Source: Eledone cirrhosa (taxonomy: Eukaryota). Taken from it: a DNA stretch of 64,000 nucleotides. Below the pieces are notes generated by a model, which saw only the letters and a program-made list of their open reading frames with translations, ran no database searches and was not told the DNA's origin. The first letter of the stretch is position 1, and every line of letters starts with the position of its first letter. Below are positions 49,585 through 63,930 of the stretch, piece by piece. Location of the stretch: contig OZ024745.1 in assembly GCA_964016885.1 (NCBI GenBank), positions 24,180,001-24,244,000 of the forward strand, in the 5' to 3' direction. The position numbers and the translations under genes are program-made.

Positions 49585-50465
49585 TATTTAGAAACACACA
49601 GATACATGCGGACACACACATATATACATGAATGCATCCGCACCCAACTGTGAGTTAAGGGTGCCAACTTCACCGATGTTGCTCAATGAATGACCGGGAC
49701 AGACCAATTCAGTTTGAACCAGACTGAACCAGTATCAGAGTTAAAAATACATTATGAAGAGAGAAGAAACATTTAGATATAATTAGTAATAAAATGTATC
49801 ATACCTAAACTGTTCCTAAATTCCTCGACTACGTAGTTTCGTGGCATAAACAAAAACAATATATCAAAGATATAGAGTCCTTGCGAGGTCTGCCGACTTA
49901 TCAAGAGGATACCTCATTTTACTAGTCTCAAGAACGCGTCTACACGACGTGAGAAAGAATCCCAAAAGGCGGAGGGGGAGATAGTCACGCGATATAACGG
50001 TCGAGAAACAGAGCTAAGCCTCTTATAACCACGAAGAAAATACCACGGAGGCGGAGGGGGTATTCATATCGAGGCCGTAGAAGAGGTAGTGAAGAAGGCG
50101 AGAAGTATGAGTAATGGAAGCTTTCCAGTTGTCCCCACACTTCAAAGATTGCTCGACCAGAGGGAGTTATTAATATATTTAGAAACACACAGATACATGC
50201 GGACACACACATATATACATGAATGCATCCGCACCCAACTGTGAGTTAAGGGTGCCAACTTCACCGATGTTGCTCAATGAATGACCGGGACAGACCAATT
50301 CAGTTTGAACCAGACTGAACCAGTATCAGAGTTAAAAATACATTATATCTTTGATATATTGTTTTTGTTTATGCCACGAAACTACGTAGTCGAGGAATTT
50401 AGGAACAGTTTAGGTATGATACATTTTATTACTAATTATATCTAAATGTTTCTTCTCTCTTCATA

Positions 50466-50470
<5 letters not shown>
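49585..50470 (-). mobile_element. Retrozyme-like unit, 591-nt period, with inverted partial copy
   Basis: Direct repeat ~49583-49755/50174-50346; inverted 49745-49874/50344-50472; (TA)n flanks. Confidence 0.8.
49822..49909 (-). ncRNA. Hammerhead ribozyme, U3-A8 core variant
   Basis: tcctc-TTGATAA-gtcggca...tgccac-GAAA-ctacgtag-TC-gagga. Confidence 0.8.
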
Positions 50471-50510
<40 letters not shown>

Positions 50511-51126
50511 AACAAATATATATATATATATATATTGACTAATGTTTACGCGGACTTCAGCTATTCATTATTCCAAACATTAAATATTCCATCACCGTCT
50601 TAATTATTAATTATCAAGTAGATGATGTCTCTAAATTATTTAAATTTTCTCGACGCCAACAAATTCATATTCTCTATATTTATTTATCGATTTGTTCACT
50701 AACGGTAAGATTTAGTGAGGTTACTCTTTAACTGAGAATGCTAAATGAATCCCAAACATTTGTGGCGTTGGTCTCCATACTTCGTTAGAAAAAAAAAAAA
50801 GAAAAATGTATTATTTTTCTTTAACCGCATACTTGACCATCGTTTAACTTTTGATAATCTAAACGCTTAGAAATTACCAATCCAAGCCATAAATTTGCAT
50901 ACAGACATTTATTTAGAATACATCTGCTGTTGTACTAATATATAAAATGACTGGAAGAGAACATTCGAATCGAACGGCAGAAGGTTTGGCATATTTACGC
51001 GCAGCATTTACATATGTATGCAAACACATTGACTCTCCTGTGTTCCTCCATCATGTGACAGGTTTTGTTTTTCATCCCACTAGTGGGGTTGTCTGTTTTG
51101 TCACTGACGATCCGACAATGTAACAT

Positions 51127-51233
<107 letters not shown>

Positions 51234-51506
51234 GCAAAAGTTCTATTTAAAATTGTTGGGATGCAACAAGTAAATATTTTTATAACTGATATAAAGCACT
51301 CGACAAGTATTTGGAGTAGATATACGATATTAATAAATGGAAACTATATTTATAAAACCATATTTATTTCATTATACATATTTCAGGGATACCAAATTAA
51401 ATTATGGTATGCCTTCATCAGACAAAATACAATATATAACAGTTTTACAAATAAGCTTTGACGTACCCTTTTAAAATGCAACCATTATTTTTGGAAGCCA
51501 TCTGGA

Positions 51507-51551
<45 letters not shown>

Positions 51552-51557
51552 GTATAA

Positions 51558-51664
<107 letters not shown>

Positions 51665-52025
51665 GCGAGGGAAAAGTGGTAAGGAACCAGGTGGACCATA
51701 ACGCACCAAAGTACTCAATACTTAGGGTAGTAGAGTGGGTAATAGGAGTAAGTAAGACCCCGACGGCTGAGCTCAAGCCGTTTCGACGGCTAATTCTGTA
51801 CTGAATGAAAAATCAGTTCAGGTATTTAAATAGCCGAACTTGTCAAGGGGCAATTCCATATATGGTCAAAGAGATAATCACCAGGATTGGTCATCCCACA
51901 AGGTAGTAGTAATTCTGCGATGGCAAGTTGGTGGGGGAGGTAGCCAAACCTGCCATCGCAGAATTACTACTACCTTGTGGGATGACCAATCCTGGTGATT
52001 ATCTCTTTGACCATATATGGAATTG

Positions 52026-52118
52026 CCCCTTGACAAGTTCGGCTATTTAAATACCTGAACTGATTTTTCATTCAGTACAGAATTAGCCGTCGAAACGGCT
52101 TGAGCTCAGCCGTCGGGG
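52026..52118 (+). ncRNA. Hammerhead ribozyme, U3-A8 variant, in PLE-A pLTR (copies 56164-56256 +, 51758-51850 -)
   Basis: cccc-TTGACAA-gttcggcta...tagccgtc-GAAA-cggct-tgagctc-agccg-TC-gggg. Confidence 0.82.
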
Positions 52119-52306
52119 GGTCTTACTTACTCCTATTACCCACTCTACTACCCTAAGTATTGAGTACTTTGGTGCGTTCTGGTCCACCTGGTTCCTTACC
52201 ACTTTTCCCTCGCTATCTAGCTCCTATCCCCGTAGTAGAGCACTTACCGACCTTAGCACGCCGTATCCAGACGTTTCCGCCAAGCTCATTTTGTTTCACT
52301 CGCACC

Positions 52307-54529
52307 ATGCGAAAACACAATATCGACTTCTCTACCAAGAACATCCCAATCCCACCGAAAAAACTTTACCTTCGGATGCTCACGCAAAAAATCGACCTAT
52401 TTGCGAAAAGACTTAGATGGAGAACCTTTTTCTACGACAGATTCTGTGACAATCAGGACTTCGATACCAAGGAGAGATTCGGATTTATTACCTACAAATC
52501 TCCCCCTCCGAACCCTTTGCTCTCACCCTTCGAGAATGACCTCTTCCAACTGGTCAAGAACCTTAAATTCAAACCCAGACACAACCGATTCCTACAAAAA
52601 CTCCGTAGCAACTTAACAGAGTATGATAACACCAATGACATCATGGCGCATTCGGATAAAACTGGGAACCTATACTTTGTCAACCCAGACAGATACCACA
52701 CACTGATCAGGAGCAGCCTAAACTCCACCCATAAAAAGGCCAACCACTCATGCCTCGAGGACATTAATCGAGATGGACAACAAATTACCTCTAGCCTCGG
52801 GGTCGCCGACCGCACCGAACCCCTAGACCCACGGACACCCTACTTCACACTGAAGGACCACAAATCTGATTTCGACCGTAAACCATCTATCAGGCTTATA
52901 AACCCAACAAAGTCCGACATAGGGAGAATCATCAAAAAAATCCTAGACCGCGTGATACCTAAAGTCAAGCAACACGCCCGACTTAGCCTATGGATTAACA
53001 CCTAGGAAGTGGTCTCATGGTTCAGCAATTTGGAGGATAAACGAGACACTAAATTTATCCAGTTCGACATAGAGAGCTACTACGCTTCAATCACCTTACC
53101 GCTACTCACTGCCGCCTTGGACTTCGCCGAAGCACTTGTGCCCATCACCGACCAGGAAAGAAAAATCATCCTCCACGCCAGGAAGACAATCTTACTCTTT
53201 GACAACTCCAAATGGATAAAAAGAGCTCCCGACTCACCCTTCGACGTCAGCATGGGCGCTACGGACTCGGCGGAGGTCACAGATCTTATAGGATTATTCC
53301 TGATAGCCAAACTCACCGATATGTTTCCGGCTTTTGGTGGTGGATTGTACCGTGATGATGGGCTCCTTACCCTTAAAGGGTACAACCCCAGTAGTACAGA
53401 CCGGGTCCGTAAACAATTAATCAGCTTCTTCCGCGACTGGGGATTTAAAATAACCCTACAGACGTCCCTGACCCGAGTTAATTTCCTGGACGTTACCCTC
53501 GATCTCAACAATGACCTGTACTACCCATACAGGAAACCCAATGACAACCTGCACTACATCCACCGCCGATCTAACCATCCCAGGAACATCACCAACAACC
53601 TGGTCAAAAACATCTCCCTCCGTATATCCCGTTTGTCAGCTAATGAGAGGTTATTCGATGAACACGCGCCTTACTACAACCAGGCCCTCAAGCGGAGTGG
53701 TTTCCGGGAGGAAATATCCTACTGTCCAGCTCCCATTAGCGGAACCAGCAGGCGACACCGCCGCTCACGAAATGTAACATGGTTCAATCCTCCCCACAAC
53801 GCCGAGGTGACAACTCCCATCGGGAAAATTTTCTTTAGGCTCATGGAAAAACACTTCCCACCACAACACCGCTACCACAACATAATTAACAAAAATACCA
53901 TCAAACTCTCTTACAGCACTACACCTAACTTCGCACAAAACATCGTCTCCTCCAACAACAAAAAATTCAACCCCGATGGAAGAAACAACCCAAATAGCAG
54001 TGGAGAGCCGACCAGGAGGTGCAACTGTCCTGATAGATCAGGTTGCCCCCTCGACAAGAGATGCAGAGACCGTAATGTGATCTACCAGTGCAACGTGAGC
54101 ACGGACACCTCCAACAAAGCTTATATAGGATTGACCGCATGCGACTTCAAGACCCGGCTATACCAACACAGACATACCTTCCGAAACCCGGCCCGGCGTC
54201 ACGCCACTACACTTTCGGGCCACATATGGGACCTCAAGGACAACAACATCAACTATGATCTCACTTGGAAATTACTGTCCAGAGCCAACTCCTACACGGG
54301 AGGACGCCGTCCGTGCAATTTATGCTCGGAGGAAACATTACAAATGCTGTTTTTGACGGACCAACTCCTTAACAAGAAAGATGAACTGGTTACTGCATGT
54401 AAACACCGCTTACGTAGGACTTACCTCGCCCTCAAACCCCATAATGACCCGGGGGGGGGGGGTTTAGCCTATAGCACCCCACTTGCCTATTTTGTAATGG
54501 GTAACCCCTGCTTGCCTATGGAGACGTAA
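52307..54529 (+). pseudogene. PLE RT + GIY-YIG ORF with one in-frame TAG (53003-53005)
   Basis: The two track ORFs share a frame; LKDHK, FDIESYY, MGATDS, GLYRDD, NFLD, CNCPDRSGCPLDKRC, NVIY..AYIG, CNLC, CKHR. Confidence 0.92.
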
Positions 54530-54974
54530 GATCTTCCTTTACACTTTTTTTATCGATCCAGTATCTCTTTCTTCTTTTTCCCTTTTTCCCTTTTCTCCCT
54601 TTTTCCTGTATTAATTTTCCGTTCTTTATTTTTAATTCGTACGACTTTTCATGTAGCTTGTATAAGACATTTTGTTTAATGGCGGTACCCTTAGAGTTAG
54701 CACCAGTATTTTTTTGCGGAACCCTGAATTACATTCTCGTACTAGTCTACTTTCTTGCACTGGGTGGTTGCTGGCCCGGTGTTTGGGGTAGAAACCGTTA
54801 TTTATTTATTTTTTCGTGGTGGTCTCTGTAGTATTCCGACCCCCCCCTCTGTTGACCCGTCACCGTACGATACACGCACTTATACCCCGCATAAGGGTCC
54901 CTTTATCTCCGTCACACCTAGGGTTTTTTTTCTATCATTATCATTCGTTTTCTTATTCTTTTTATTCTACATTA

Positions 54975-55320
54975 TGGAGGCACATGGCTTAGTGGTTAGA
55001 GCATTGGCCTTGCAATCGAAAGGTTGTGAGTTCAATTCTCAGACCGGGTGATGTGTTGTTTCCTTGAGCAAGACACTTTATTTCACATTGCTCCAGTTTA
55101 CTCAGCTGTAGAAATGAGATGATAGGGACTGGGGTCCCTATCATTCCACTGCAAAGTGGTCGTGGAGGTGCCACGGCAAAAAAGCACCCAGCACTCACTG
55201 TAAATGAGGTTGGTGTTAGGAAGGGCATCCAGCTGTAGAAATCAAGCCAGAATCAGTTCCCGTCCCACCCTTGCAAGCAGGGAAAAGCGGACGTAAAATG
55301 AAATGATGATGAATGATGAT
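54975..55320 (+). mobile_element. tRNA-derived SINE (family 2)
   Basis: A-box TGGCTTAGTGG, B-box GAGTTCAATTC, CCTTGAGCAAGACACTT core, (ATG)n tail; degenerate relative ~30540-30630 (minus). Confidence 0.75.
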
Positions 55321-55384
55321 TATATATATATATATATATTTTTTTTTTAAATCTATCTATCCATCCTTTTACTCACTTATTTGT

Positions 55385-55835
55385 TTATTTACTCACTTAT
55401 GTATTTCTTGTGGAATATTATTTACGTATTTCTTATTTACTTATGTGGAATATTACTTATGTATTTCTTATTTACTTATGTGGAATATTATTCATGTATT
55501 TCTTATTTACTTATGTGGAATATTCTTTATGTATTTCTTATTTACTTATGTGGAATATTATTTTTGTATTTCTTCAAGGCGATGGATTAGCAGTATCGGT
55601 AGAGGGTCGGACGCCATGCTTTCCAGCATAGTTACGACCCTTTACGATCTGAGTTCAAATCCCGCCGAGGTTGACTTTGACTTTCATCCTTACGGGGTCG
55701 ATAAAATAACGTACCAGTAATGCACTGGGTAATTGCTGGCCTTGTGCCTAAAGTAGAAACAATTATTTTTGTATTTCTTATTTACTTATGTGGAATATTA
55801 TTTATGTATTTCTTATTTACTTATTTATGTATTTC
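55385..55835. repeat. 35-bp minisatellite interrupted by a family-1 SINE (55578-55767, +)
   Basis: Unit gtatttcttatttacttatgtggaatattattta(t) starting at 55426, 55461, 55496, 55531, 55566 and resuming at 55771. Confidence 0.85.
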
Positions 55836-56289
55836 TTCAGCCTAGCAATAGCGAGAGAATTAAGTCTTAGTAACCAGATTCTGCTTATATTTCTTTTCTC
55901 TCTCAGTACCTTTTACAGTTTTACATTTTCATCGTTCTACTTACCGTATTGACCCCCCCCCCCCTCCCCTGCTTCCTCTTTGACCTCACACGCAGCTGTA
56001 GCTGGCACCACCAACGCATGAATGGGTCTACTCCTCCCCCTCTCCCCTTTTCTCCTACTGGCAGGTTTGGCTACCTCCCCCACCAACTTGCCATCGCAGA
56101 ATTACTACTACCTTGTGGGATGACCAATCCTGGTGATTATCTCTTTGACCATATATGGAATTGCCCCTTGACAAGTTCGGCTATTTAAATACCTGAACTG
56201 ATTTTTCATTCAGTACAGAATTAGCCGTCGAAACGGCTTGAGCTCAGCCGTCGGGGTCTTACTTACTCCTATATATATATAGTTTAGCG

Positions 56290-56935
56290 AGGTTTTTTAT
56301 ATGAAATCGTGTGTCGAAACAGATATTGTTATACTTGGGGAGGGTCATATTTGCGAATATTGCCAGAATTGATAACAGAACACACTCACTATTTGGTTGG
56401 TTTTCGCTTCTCGCTGTCTTTTATATCTGCGATCTAACTTACTCGGTCCTCAATGTTGCCATTGACTGACCGATGGTCAAAAATAATTGTTTCTACTTTT
56501 GGCACAAGGCCAGCAATTATTCCAGTGCATTACTGGTACTTTATTTTATCGACCCCGTAAGGATGAAAGGCAAAGTTAACCTCGGCGGGATTTGAACTCA
56601 GATCATAAAGGGAGGTAACTCTATGCTTCAAAGCATGGCGTCCAACCCTTACCGATACTGCCAATCCACCGCCCTTGGATGGTCAAAAATAATACAGATA
56701 CAATATAGACACAAACACATATATGTAGTTTACATAATTTACATAAATCTTTCGTTGCACATCTGCAACATCGTCAGTGGTGTTATATTCTTTGTTCCTC
56801 CTGTTGTGTTGTATGTCTACGAGTAAGTTAGATCGCAGATATAAAAGACAGCGAGAAGCGAAAACCAACCAAACAGTGAGTGTGTTCTGTTATTAATTCT
56901 GGCAATATTACGCAAATATGACCCTACCCAAGTAT

Positions 56936-56945
<10 letters not shown>
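56290..56945. mobile_element. Fold-back pLTR-like element with nested SINE (56483-56674, minus)
   Basis: Arms ~56323-56445/56820-56943; SINE TSD gatggtcaaaaataat; minimal HHR-like core on minus strand 56741-56790. Confidence 0.7.
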
Positions 56946-56998
<53 letters not shown>

Positions 56999-57207
56999 CA
57001 TATATAAATATATCTCAGCACACATGGGAGTCGAACCCATACCTCTTTTTGCTGGCAAGAGTTGTAGGTTAGATTCCCATGAGGGTTGATACCCATCTTT
57101 TTACCTTCAGTTTGTTTATATGCCCCTTTATGGAGCGAAAATTTAATATATTATTTGGCAGTTTCTCTCTCAATCTACTCATCTCTCCATGTATGGATCT
57201 ATCTATC

Positions 57208-57696
57208 TAAAAAACGAAAGAGAGGCGGCTTTCCTCTGTGTTGTCGCTATGAGGTTATATGATGGACGAGATTGAGAGGACTGAGGACAGATGCCTTTCT
57301 CTCCGGACAACAACTCATTCCCTTCTTTAGGTACCACTTTAGAAGGAGAATCAGAGTGGAGAGAGAGCTACTGCACCCCAGTAAATTTACTGAAAGGTGG
57401 GTGAATGCAGCGAAAATGGCCCGAGTGATTGGGCCTTCTCTGTATATAAACCTGTAGGTTGAAGAAGAGAGCAAAAGGAAGAAAGGAGCACTTGCACAAC
57501 ATGCTCCTGGAATTGAGGGTTGTTCTATCTACGGAGTATAAAACAATCCATTTGTAACGCCTACCCCCTATTAGGGATTTCGATTGTTGAATTTGTATGT
57601 TTAAATTTTTTACACGATTGTATGTAAAATCCCCGGCATATGTCTTTGTATGTATTGTCCCTTTTTCTTGTGCGCCCTTGTGGCAAATAAAGAAAT
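57208..57696 (+). mobile_element. 3' fragment of the Tx1/L1-clade LINE
   Basis: Matches 26861-27351; (TATC)n-like sequence on both flanks. Confidence 0.85.
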
Positions 57697-57867
57697 ACAT
57701 CGATTATCTATCTACCTATCTATCTATATATCTATCTGTATGTCTGCCTAATTGTCTTTATCTTTGGAACTTCTCCCTCTCTTTCCTTCAATCCTCCTCC
57801 TCTCTATAGGTTGTTACTTATCCTACTCCACTTTTCAACACAACTCTTTCTCTGCCAATCTTTCTAT

Positions 57868-57926
<59 letters not shown>

Positions 57927-58437
57927 TCTCTCTCTCACACTCTCTGCTTCTCTCTCTCACTCCCCCTTCTCTCTCTAATTTCCCCTGATTCTTATATAAC
58001 TAATCCTCTAATTCATCCATACTCAATCACTGTCTCTTCGTCTTAACATCACCTATCTGTCTCTCTAGATTTTGCTATTTATCGATGTTCGCGCGCCAGT
58101 TTTATCTATGCGTGTGCGTGTATGTGCGTGTACATGTGTATGTGTATATAAGTGTGTGTATCGTGTTTATGTGGGTATGAGATGTGTGTCATCTGTGTGT
58201 GTATGTATATGTATGTGTAAGTCATGTTTGTGTGTGTGTGTGTGCACCTCATAGTTTATGGCAATGTGTACAAGCTTTTTGCTGTCAGTATATCACAGTT
58301 TGTATTTCCTATTCCAAACCTTTCTGTTTCATTTGCTCTCCAGCCTTTCCTCACTACATATCTTCTCTTCACACACACACACATGCATTTATATATACAT
58401 ATATGTATGCATACATACATACATACATACAGGCATA

Positions 58438-59045
58438 CATGGTGGCTGCCAACTCGTTTTCGAGTACGGCCACTACTTTATATCCATGTAGAAGAACCCC
58501 TACTGATGCGCTGAACGAGTGACTTTTTAGTCCAGCCAGCGACTTGAAAACTCTGGTACAAACACTACACTTGTGACAATTATTGACACATAGTGCTGGG
58601 CCCATGGTACCATGTGACGACAAGTGCAGATAAATCTCCAGATATAAAGCAATGCCTGTGCCGTGAAGCTTTTATAGTGAGCAAAGGCACTGCACAAAGC
58701 CAGTCCCACTCTCTTAACCAAGATGATATTTACCAAAAAGAAGAACAAGTCAACATCATTGGATACCATCAGGGTTGCAGGTGTTATATCAGAGTTTTCC
58801 TTCTCCTAGAATTCTGCCTTGACAAAGGCTAAGGGGTCATCTCTCCCGGTGATTTTGGATGGCCATTGACTCTTAAGAGCTCCTTTGCCCTTTGACAGGT
58901 TTTGTTTTTAGTCCTGCAGGATGTCCAAAGTCACCCTCCTCACCAAGAAACCTTGGTGGGGTTGCCAGTTTAGTCGCCAACGACCCGACCATGAGACAGG
59001 TTGTACTGGGATACATGTTACCAGTAGCACCAACTGGTGACCTGA
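58438..59045 (-). mobile_element. Bipartite RTE-derived non-autonomous element (5'UTR + 3' end)
   Basis: CTAGGAGAAGGAAAACTCTGA RTE 5'UTR-like motif, C2H2 remnant CSVCTRVFKSLAGLKSH, terminal ctcg-aaaa-cgag hairpin; (CATA)n flanks. Confidence 0.65.
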
Positions 59046-59388
59046 CATACATACATATATACATACATGCATACATATATACATACATGCATACATATAC
59101 ATACACGCATACCCATACATAGACATATAAACATAAGGAAATGCACCCTCTTTAACATGGAGACGGACTTGTTTACGATGTTTCTATTTCCCCAGACTGC
59201 ATTGCCTTATAAATCTATACCCAAGAGGTGGTCTGAAGTTGTCGTGTTAGTAATAGCATGATCACATAAGACGTAATTATGAATGAGACCACCGAAATGC
59301 GTATTACGTGAAAATTTCGTAATAATAGGAATTATGGAAATCTAGCCTTCGTTTGTTTTTTTTTATATATATATATATATATATACAT

Positions 59389-59425
<37 letters not shown>

Positions 59426-60075
59426 TGTGTGAGAAAGAGAGAGAGAGTGTGTGTTTGTGTATCTGTGCGTGCTTGTTTCGTTATTTTCTGTCACACTTCT
59501 ATATTTACACACACGCACACTCGCACACACACACACACGTACACATAAACACACGACCACATAGGCGAACGCATATACATACACAGACGTACACAAATAA
59601 GACAGCATACACATTACATACGCATATACACACACATTTAAACACATGTGAATATACATCTACACAACTACACCCACAGAGTTATATCTACATAAAGGAA
59701 AAGTTTTACATACATACATACATATATTCATACACACATACATATGCATACACACATACATATACATACATACACACATACATACATAACACATACATAT
59801 ATTCATACACATTACACACATACATTCATTCATACATATACATACATACATGCTTATATACACACATCATACATACATAGATACATACATAGATACATAC
59901 ATGCATACATACATACATACATACATACATACATACATACATACATACATACATACATACATACATACATTCATACATACATACATGCATACATACATAC
60001 ATCCATACATACATACATACATACATACATACATACATACATACATACATACATACATACATACATACATACATA

Positions 60076-61410
60076 GGAGAGAACCAGAACTGAATAACTG
60101 AGAAGAGTAAAGAAAATATGGTCATCAGAACTGTCAGCGTACAACAAATACATTGCCCACAATACTTATGCTGTGCCAATTCTAACGCCAACATTTGGAC
60201 TGCTGAACTGGTCATTGCAAGAACTAAGTGAGATGGATGTTAGAACTCGCAACCTTCTCAGTGTTACTGGGAACTTTAACATCAATGGTGATGTGGATAG
60301 GCTATACTTCTCACGCAAGGAAGGTGGCCGGGGTCTAAAATCCATATTAACATCATATGAGACCCGGATAGTAACACTGAAGCAACATCTTCAACAGAGG
60401 AAAAAGGTTGGCAACCATCTTGCCCAGATTTATGAGCATGAAAAAAAAAAATCATTAGAATAACCACTGATCTGGAGGAGAGATATGGAATAAAGCCTGA
60501 TATAAATCTCTCACCCAGAGAAATCGGAAGATCCTATTCAATGTTCAAACAAGATGAAAAATTTGACCAATTTACAGAAAAAGTTGTGCATGGATACTTG
60601 AGACGTAAAACACAGACCATAGAGGGGATAAACCACTCAAAAAGCCTGGCATGGAGTTCCGACAAGTTTATGACATCACACCTTGAGGGATATCTCTATG
60701 CAATACAGGAACAAGAACTCCCTACCAAATATCTGCTGCACAAAAGGGGAGGGCCAGCAGCTGACAATAAATGTAGGCTATGTAAAACAAAGATCGAGGA
60801 TGTAAGCCACATTGTTGCCAGCTGCGAAAGAATGTCATCTCGCTACTACCTCCCATGAGACACGATGGGATAGCTAGAACCATCTGGAACGCACTTCGGA
60901 AAACAAAATTAACAACAAACGAGGAAGAATATATTGAGACAGATGGCACTAAGGAATACTGGTGGAACCTGAAAATAAAAACTGCCACCAAATTAAAGCA
61001 CAACTGACCTGATATTGTTGTTTGGGACCACACATTGAAAACGTGTTCTGTTGTGGAGATCAGCTGCCCACTTGTGTAAACGTTGTCAGAAAAATACAGG
61101 TCTACGGACCATTGATGAGGAGTTTATGAATCCAGTATCCAAGACACACCTTTAGCTTCATACCCATCATTATTGGAGTTACGGGTTATATACCAACCCG
61201 CTTGGACCAAAGTATGACTGAACTTGGATTTGCGGACAAAGAACGCAGTTCCCTAATTCATAGTCTGCAAATGGCTGCGATAGCTGGCACCTTCAAAATT
61301 TGCAAAGCATTCTTGCGATTCAAGGGATGACAATTTCTTTTCTTTTACAACCTTGCCACCAGGAAGGTGGCCGGTCAAAAAAATATACTCGAAATTAAGA
61401 GAAAGAGATA
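60076..61410 (+). mobile_element. 5'-truncated R4/Dong-clade retrotransposon (RT end, CCHC, RLE)
   Basis: DVDRLYFSRKEGGRGL, AIQEQ, CRLC..EDVSHIVASC, RHD, PDIVVWD..VEISCP with stops and frameshifts; (CATA)n both flanks. Confidence 0.85.
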
Positions 61411-61552
61411 ACATACATTCATACATACATACATACATACATTCATACATACATACATTCATACATACATAGATACATACATACATTCATACATACATAC
61501 ATACATACATACATACATACATACATACATACATACATACATACATACATAC

Positions 61553-61678
61553 ATGATGGCTGCCCCCTCGTTATCGAGTATGGTCATTGCACGAGGAGAA
61601 AAAAATAAATAAATAAATAAATAAATAAAATAAAATAAAATAAATAAATAAAAAATTAAATTAAAATAAAAAAAAAAG

Positions 61679-61729
<51 letters not shown>

Positions 61730-62467
61730 TATACACATACACACACACACACATATACATTAATAAAAATAATAATAATAATAATAATAACAACAATAAT
61801 AATAACGACAACAACAATAATAATATACATATACATATATATATACACACACACGCACACACAAAAACACATCTACACACACACACACACACGATAGCAA
61901 CTAACAGCGCTGCGATCGAATGTGGCTTTTTAGCCCAGCCAATGATCTAAAATGTCTTGCACAGAGTCGGCAACCAAAACATTCACTGGGAATAGTCGGC
62001 TGTGGTTGGAGTTCGTGTACTTTTGCATGTCGCTTGAGCCCTCCTGCTGATTTACATTCTCTACCACATGTTTGGCAAGCATGATGAATAGCATCTCCAA
62101 CAGCAGCCTGGTAGTCAACCACTGGTCTTACTTTATGACTGCGAAGATGACTTTCGAGTCCAGCTTTGCTTAGGCAGAGTCTCGCACAGACGCTGCATGT
62201 CACCACCATAGGAGGACCCTCGCCGTCTGGAAGTGCAACAGCAATGCCCTTCCTCACATCCCGCTTTACTTTCTCGTATGCGATTCGAGATGCCTCAAAG
62301 GCAACTTTTCCCTCATATACAGTCTTTCTCCATTTATTACGATCAGCAGCAATATTTTCCCATGTATCAGCAGAGATGTTAGCGTCTTTCAGAGAGGCTT
62401 TCAAGGAATCCTTATACCTCTTTTTTGGTTTATGTGGCGGTCGTTTTCCTTTAACCAACTCTCCATG
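61553..62467 (-). mobile_element. RTE-clade LINE 3' end with three C2H2 fingers; 3'UTR split by a microsatellite block
   Basis: GELVKGKRPPHKPKKRYKDSLKASLK..WENIAADRNKWR then three CxxC-x12-H motifs; terminal hairpin near 61573-61585 resembles that at 58452-58465. Confidence 0.8.
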
Positions 62468-62835
62468 TACATACATACATACATACATACATACATACAT
62501 ACATACATACATACACAAGTACATGCATATATACATAGATAATCTAAGTATGCAAATCAATAAAATGTTACACGTAAACTCATTCATATGCAAACGCATA
62601 CACACACGATTACACATACATACACAAGCACAAGCCTACACAGGCACTCACATATTTCCACACACTCATCCACACACAAATAAACAGTCAACTATTCACA
62701 TAATTGTAGATGGCCAACACGTATAAATAACGGACACACACATACATATAATCGTATATATTGACATATACAAACCAATAGTTTTATATATTCACACCCA
62801 TACAATCTGGCACACGCATATGTAAAATACTCAAA

Positions 62836-62951
<116 letters not shown>

Positions 62952-63109
62952 CGCGCACACTCGGTTTACACACTCATGAATACATGAGTGATACACACAA
63001 ACACAATCTACAAGTAATCATCTCACCAACACAACTACAATGGCGTACACCCATTTACACATAGTTATATGAAGCTATGAATTACACTCAAACACAAACT
63101 AATACACCG

Positions 63110-63440
63110 ATGTTCCAGTAAAAACCCCAATAAAATGCAGGCATAAAAGACCAGATATTACGACATGGGACAGGGAGAAGAAAACATGCACAGTAGTGGA
63201 AATTAGCTGCCCAGCAGATGCCAATATAATATCAAAGATCAGCGAAAAGGAGAATATTTATGCAGAACTGATGAGAAATCTGCAGATACTCCACCCTGAT
63301 TACACCTTCAGATTTATACCTGCGATTATTGGGGCACTGGGGTACTTTAGTTGTTGCCTTAGCACAAATCTTGAGAAGCTGGAACCGAAAGAACACAACT
63401 AGTTGGGAAATTACAAGTACAATCCATTAATGGATCAGTA
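63110..63440 (+). pseudogene. R4/Dong-like RLE fragment
   Basis: HKRPDITTWDREKKTCTVVEISCPAD...FIPAIIGALG. Confidence 0.75.
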
Positions 63441-63456
63441 GTAGTAGTATGGGTGA

Positions 63457-63853
63457 TAATAATTGTTTCTACGTTTGGCACAAGGCCAGCAATTACCCAG
63501 TGCATTACTGGTACTTTATTTTATCGACCCTGTAAGGATGAAAGGCAAAGTTAACGTCGGCGGGATTTGAACTCAGAATGGCAAGGACCGTAACTCTATA
63601 CGTCAAAGCATGGCGTCCGACCCTCTACCAATACTGCCAATCCACCGGTTTCTGATATAGGCACAAGACCATCTATTTTGGGGGAGGGGAAAGTCGATTA
63701 ACTCGACGCCAGTACATTACTGGTACTTTATTTTAATCGACCCCGTAAGGATGAAAGGTAAAGTTAACATCGGCGGGATTTGAACTCAGAATGGAAAGGG
63801 CTGTAACTCTATGCTGGAAAGCATGGCGTCCGACTCTCTAGCGATACTGCCAA
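63457..63853 (-). mobile_element. Two tandem family-1 SINEs
   Basis: Copies at 63457-63647 and 63648-63853. Confidence 0.85.
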
Positions 63854-63930
63854 TATAATAATTGTAGTAGTAGTTGTTGTCATTATACTCGTGGATGTTC
63901 TTGTTGTTGTTGTCGATGTTGATGTTGCAG

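Noticed and set aside
53003-53005. TAG in PLE-A as programmed readthrough or two-ORF structure
   Set aside because: PLE-B is open at the aligned position and the stop splits the RT region; a nonsense mutation is simpler.
54975-55050. tRNA gene
   Set aside because: A/B boxes continue into a SINE body; no intact acceptor stem seen.
55385-55835. 35-bp repeats as a CRISPR array
   Set aside because: Head-to-tail with no unique spacers, eukaryotic context, no cas genes.
61901-62617. Host C2H2 zinc-finger gene
   Set aside because: No TGEKP linkers; upstream sequence is a typical RTE ORF end and the apparent start is (TATG)n.
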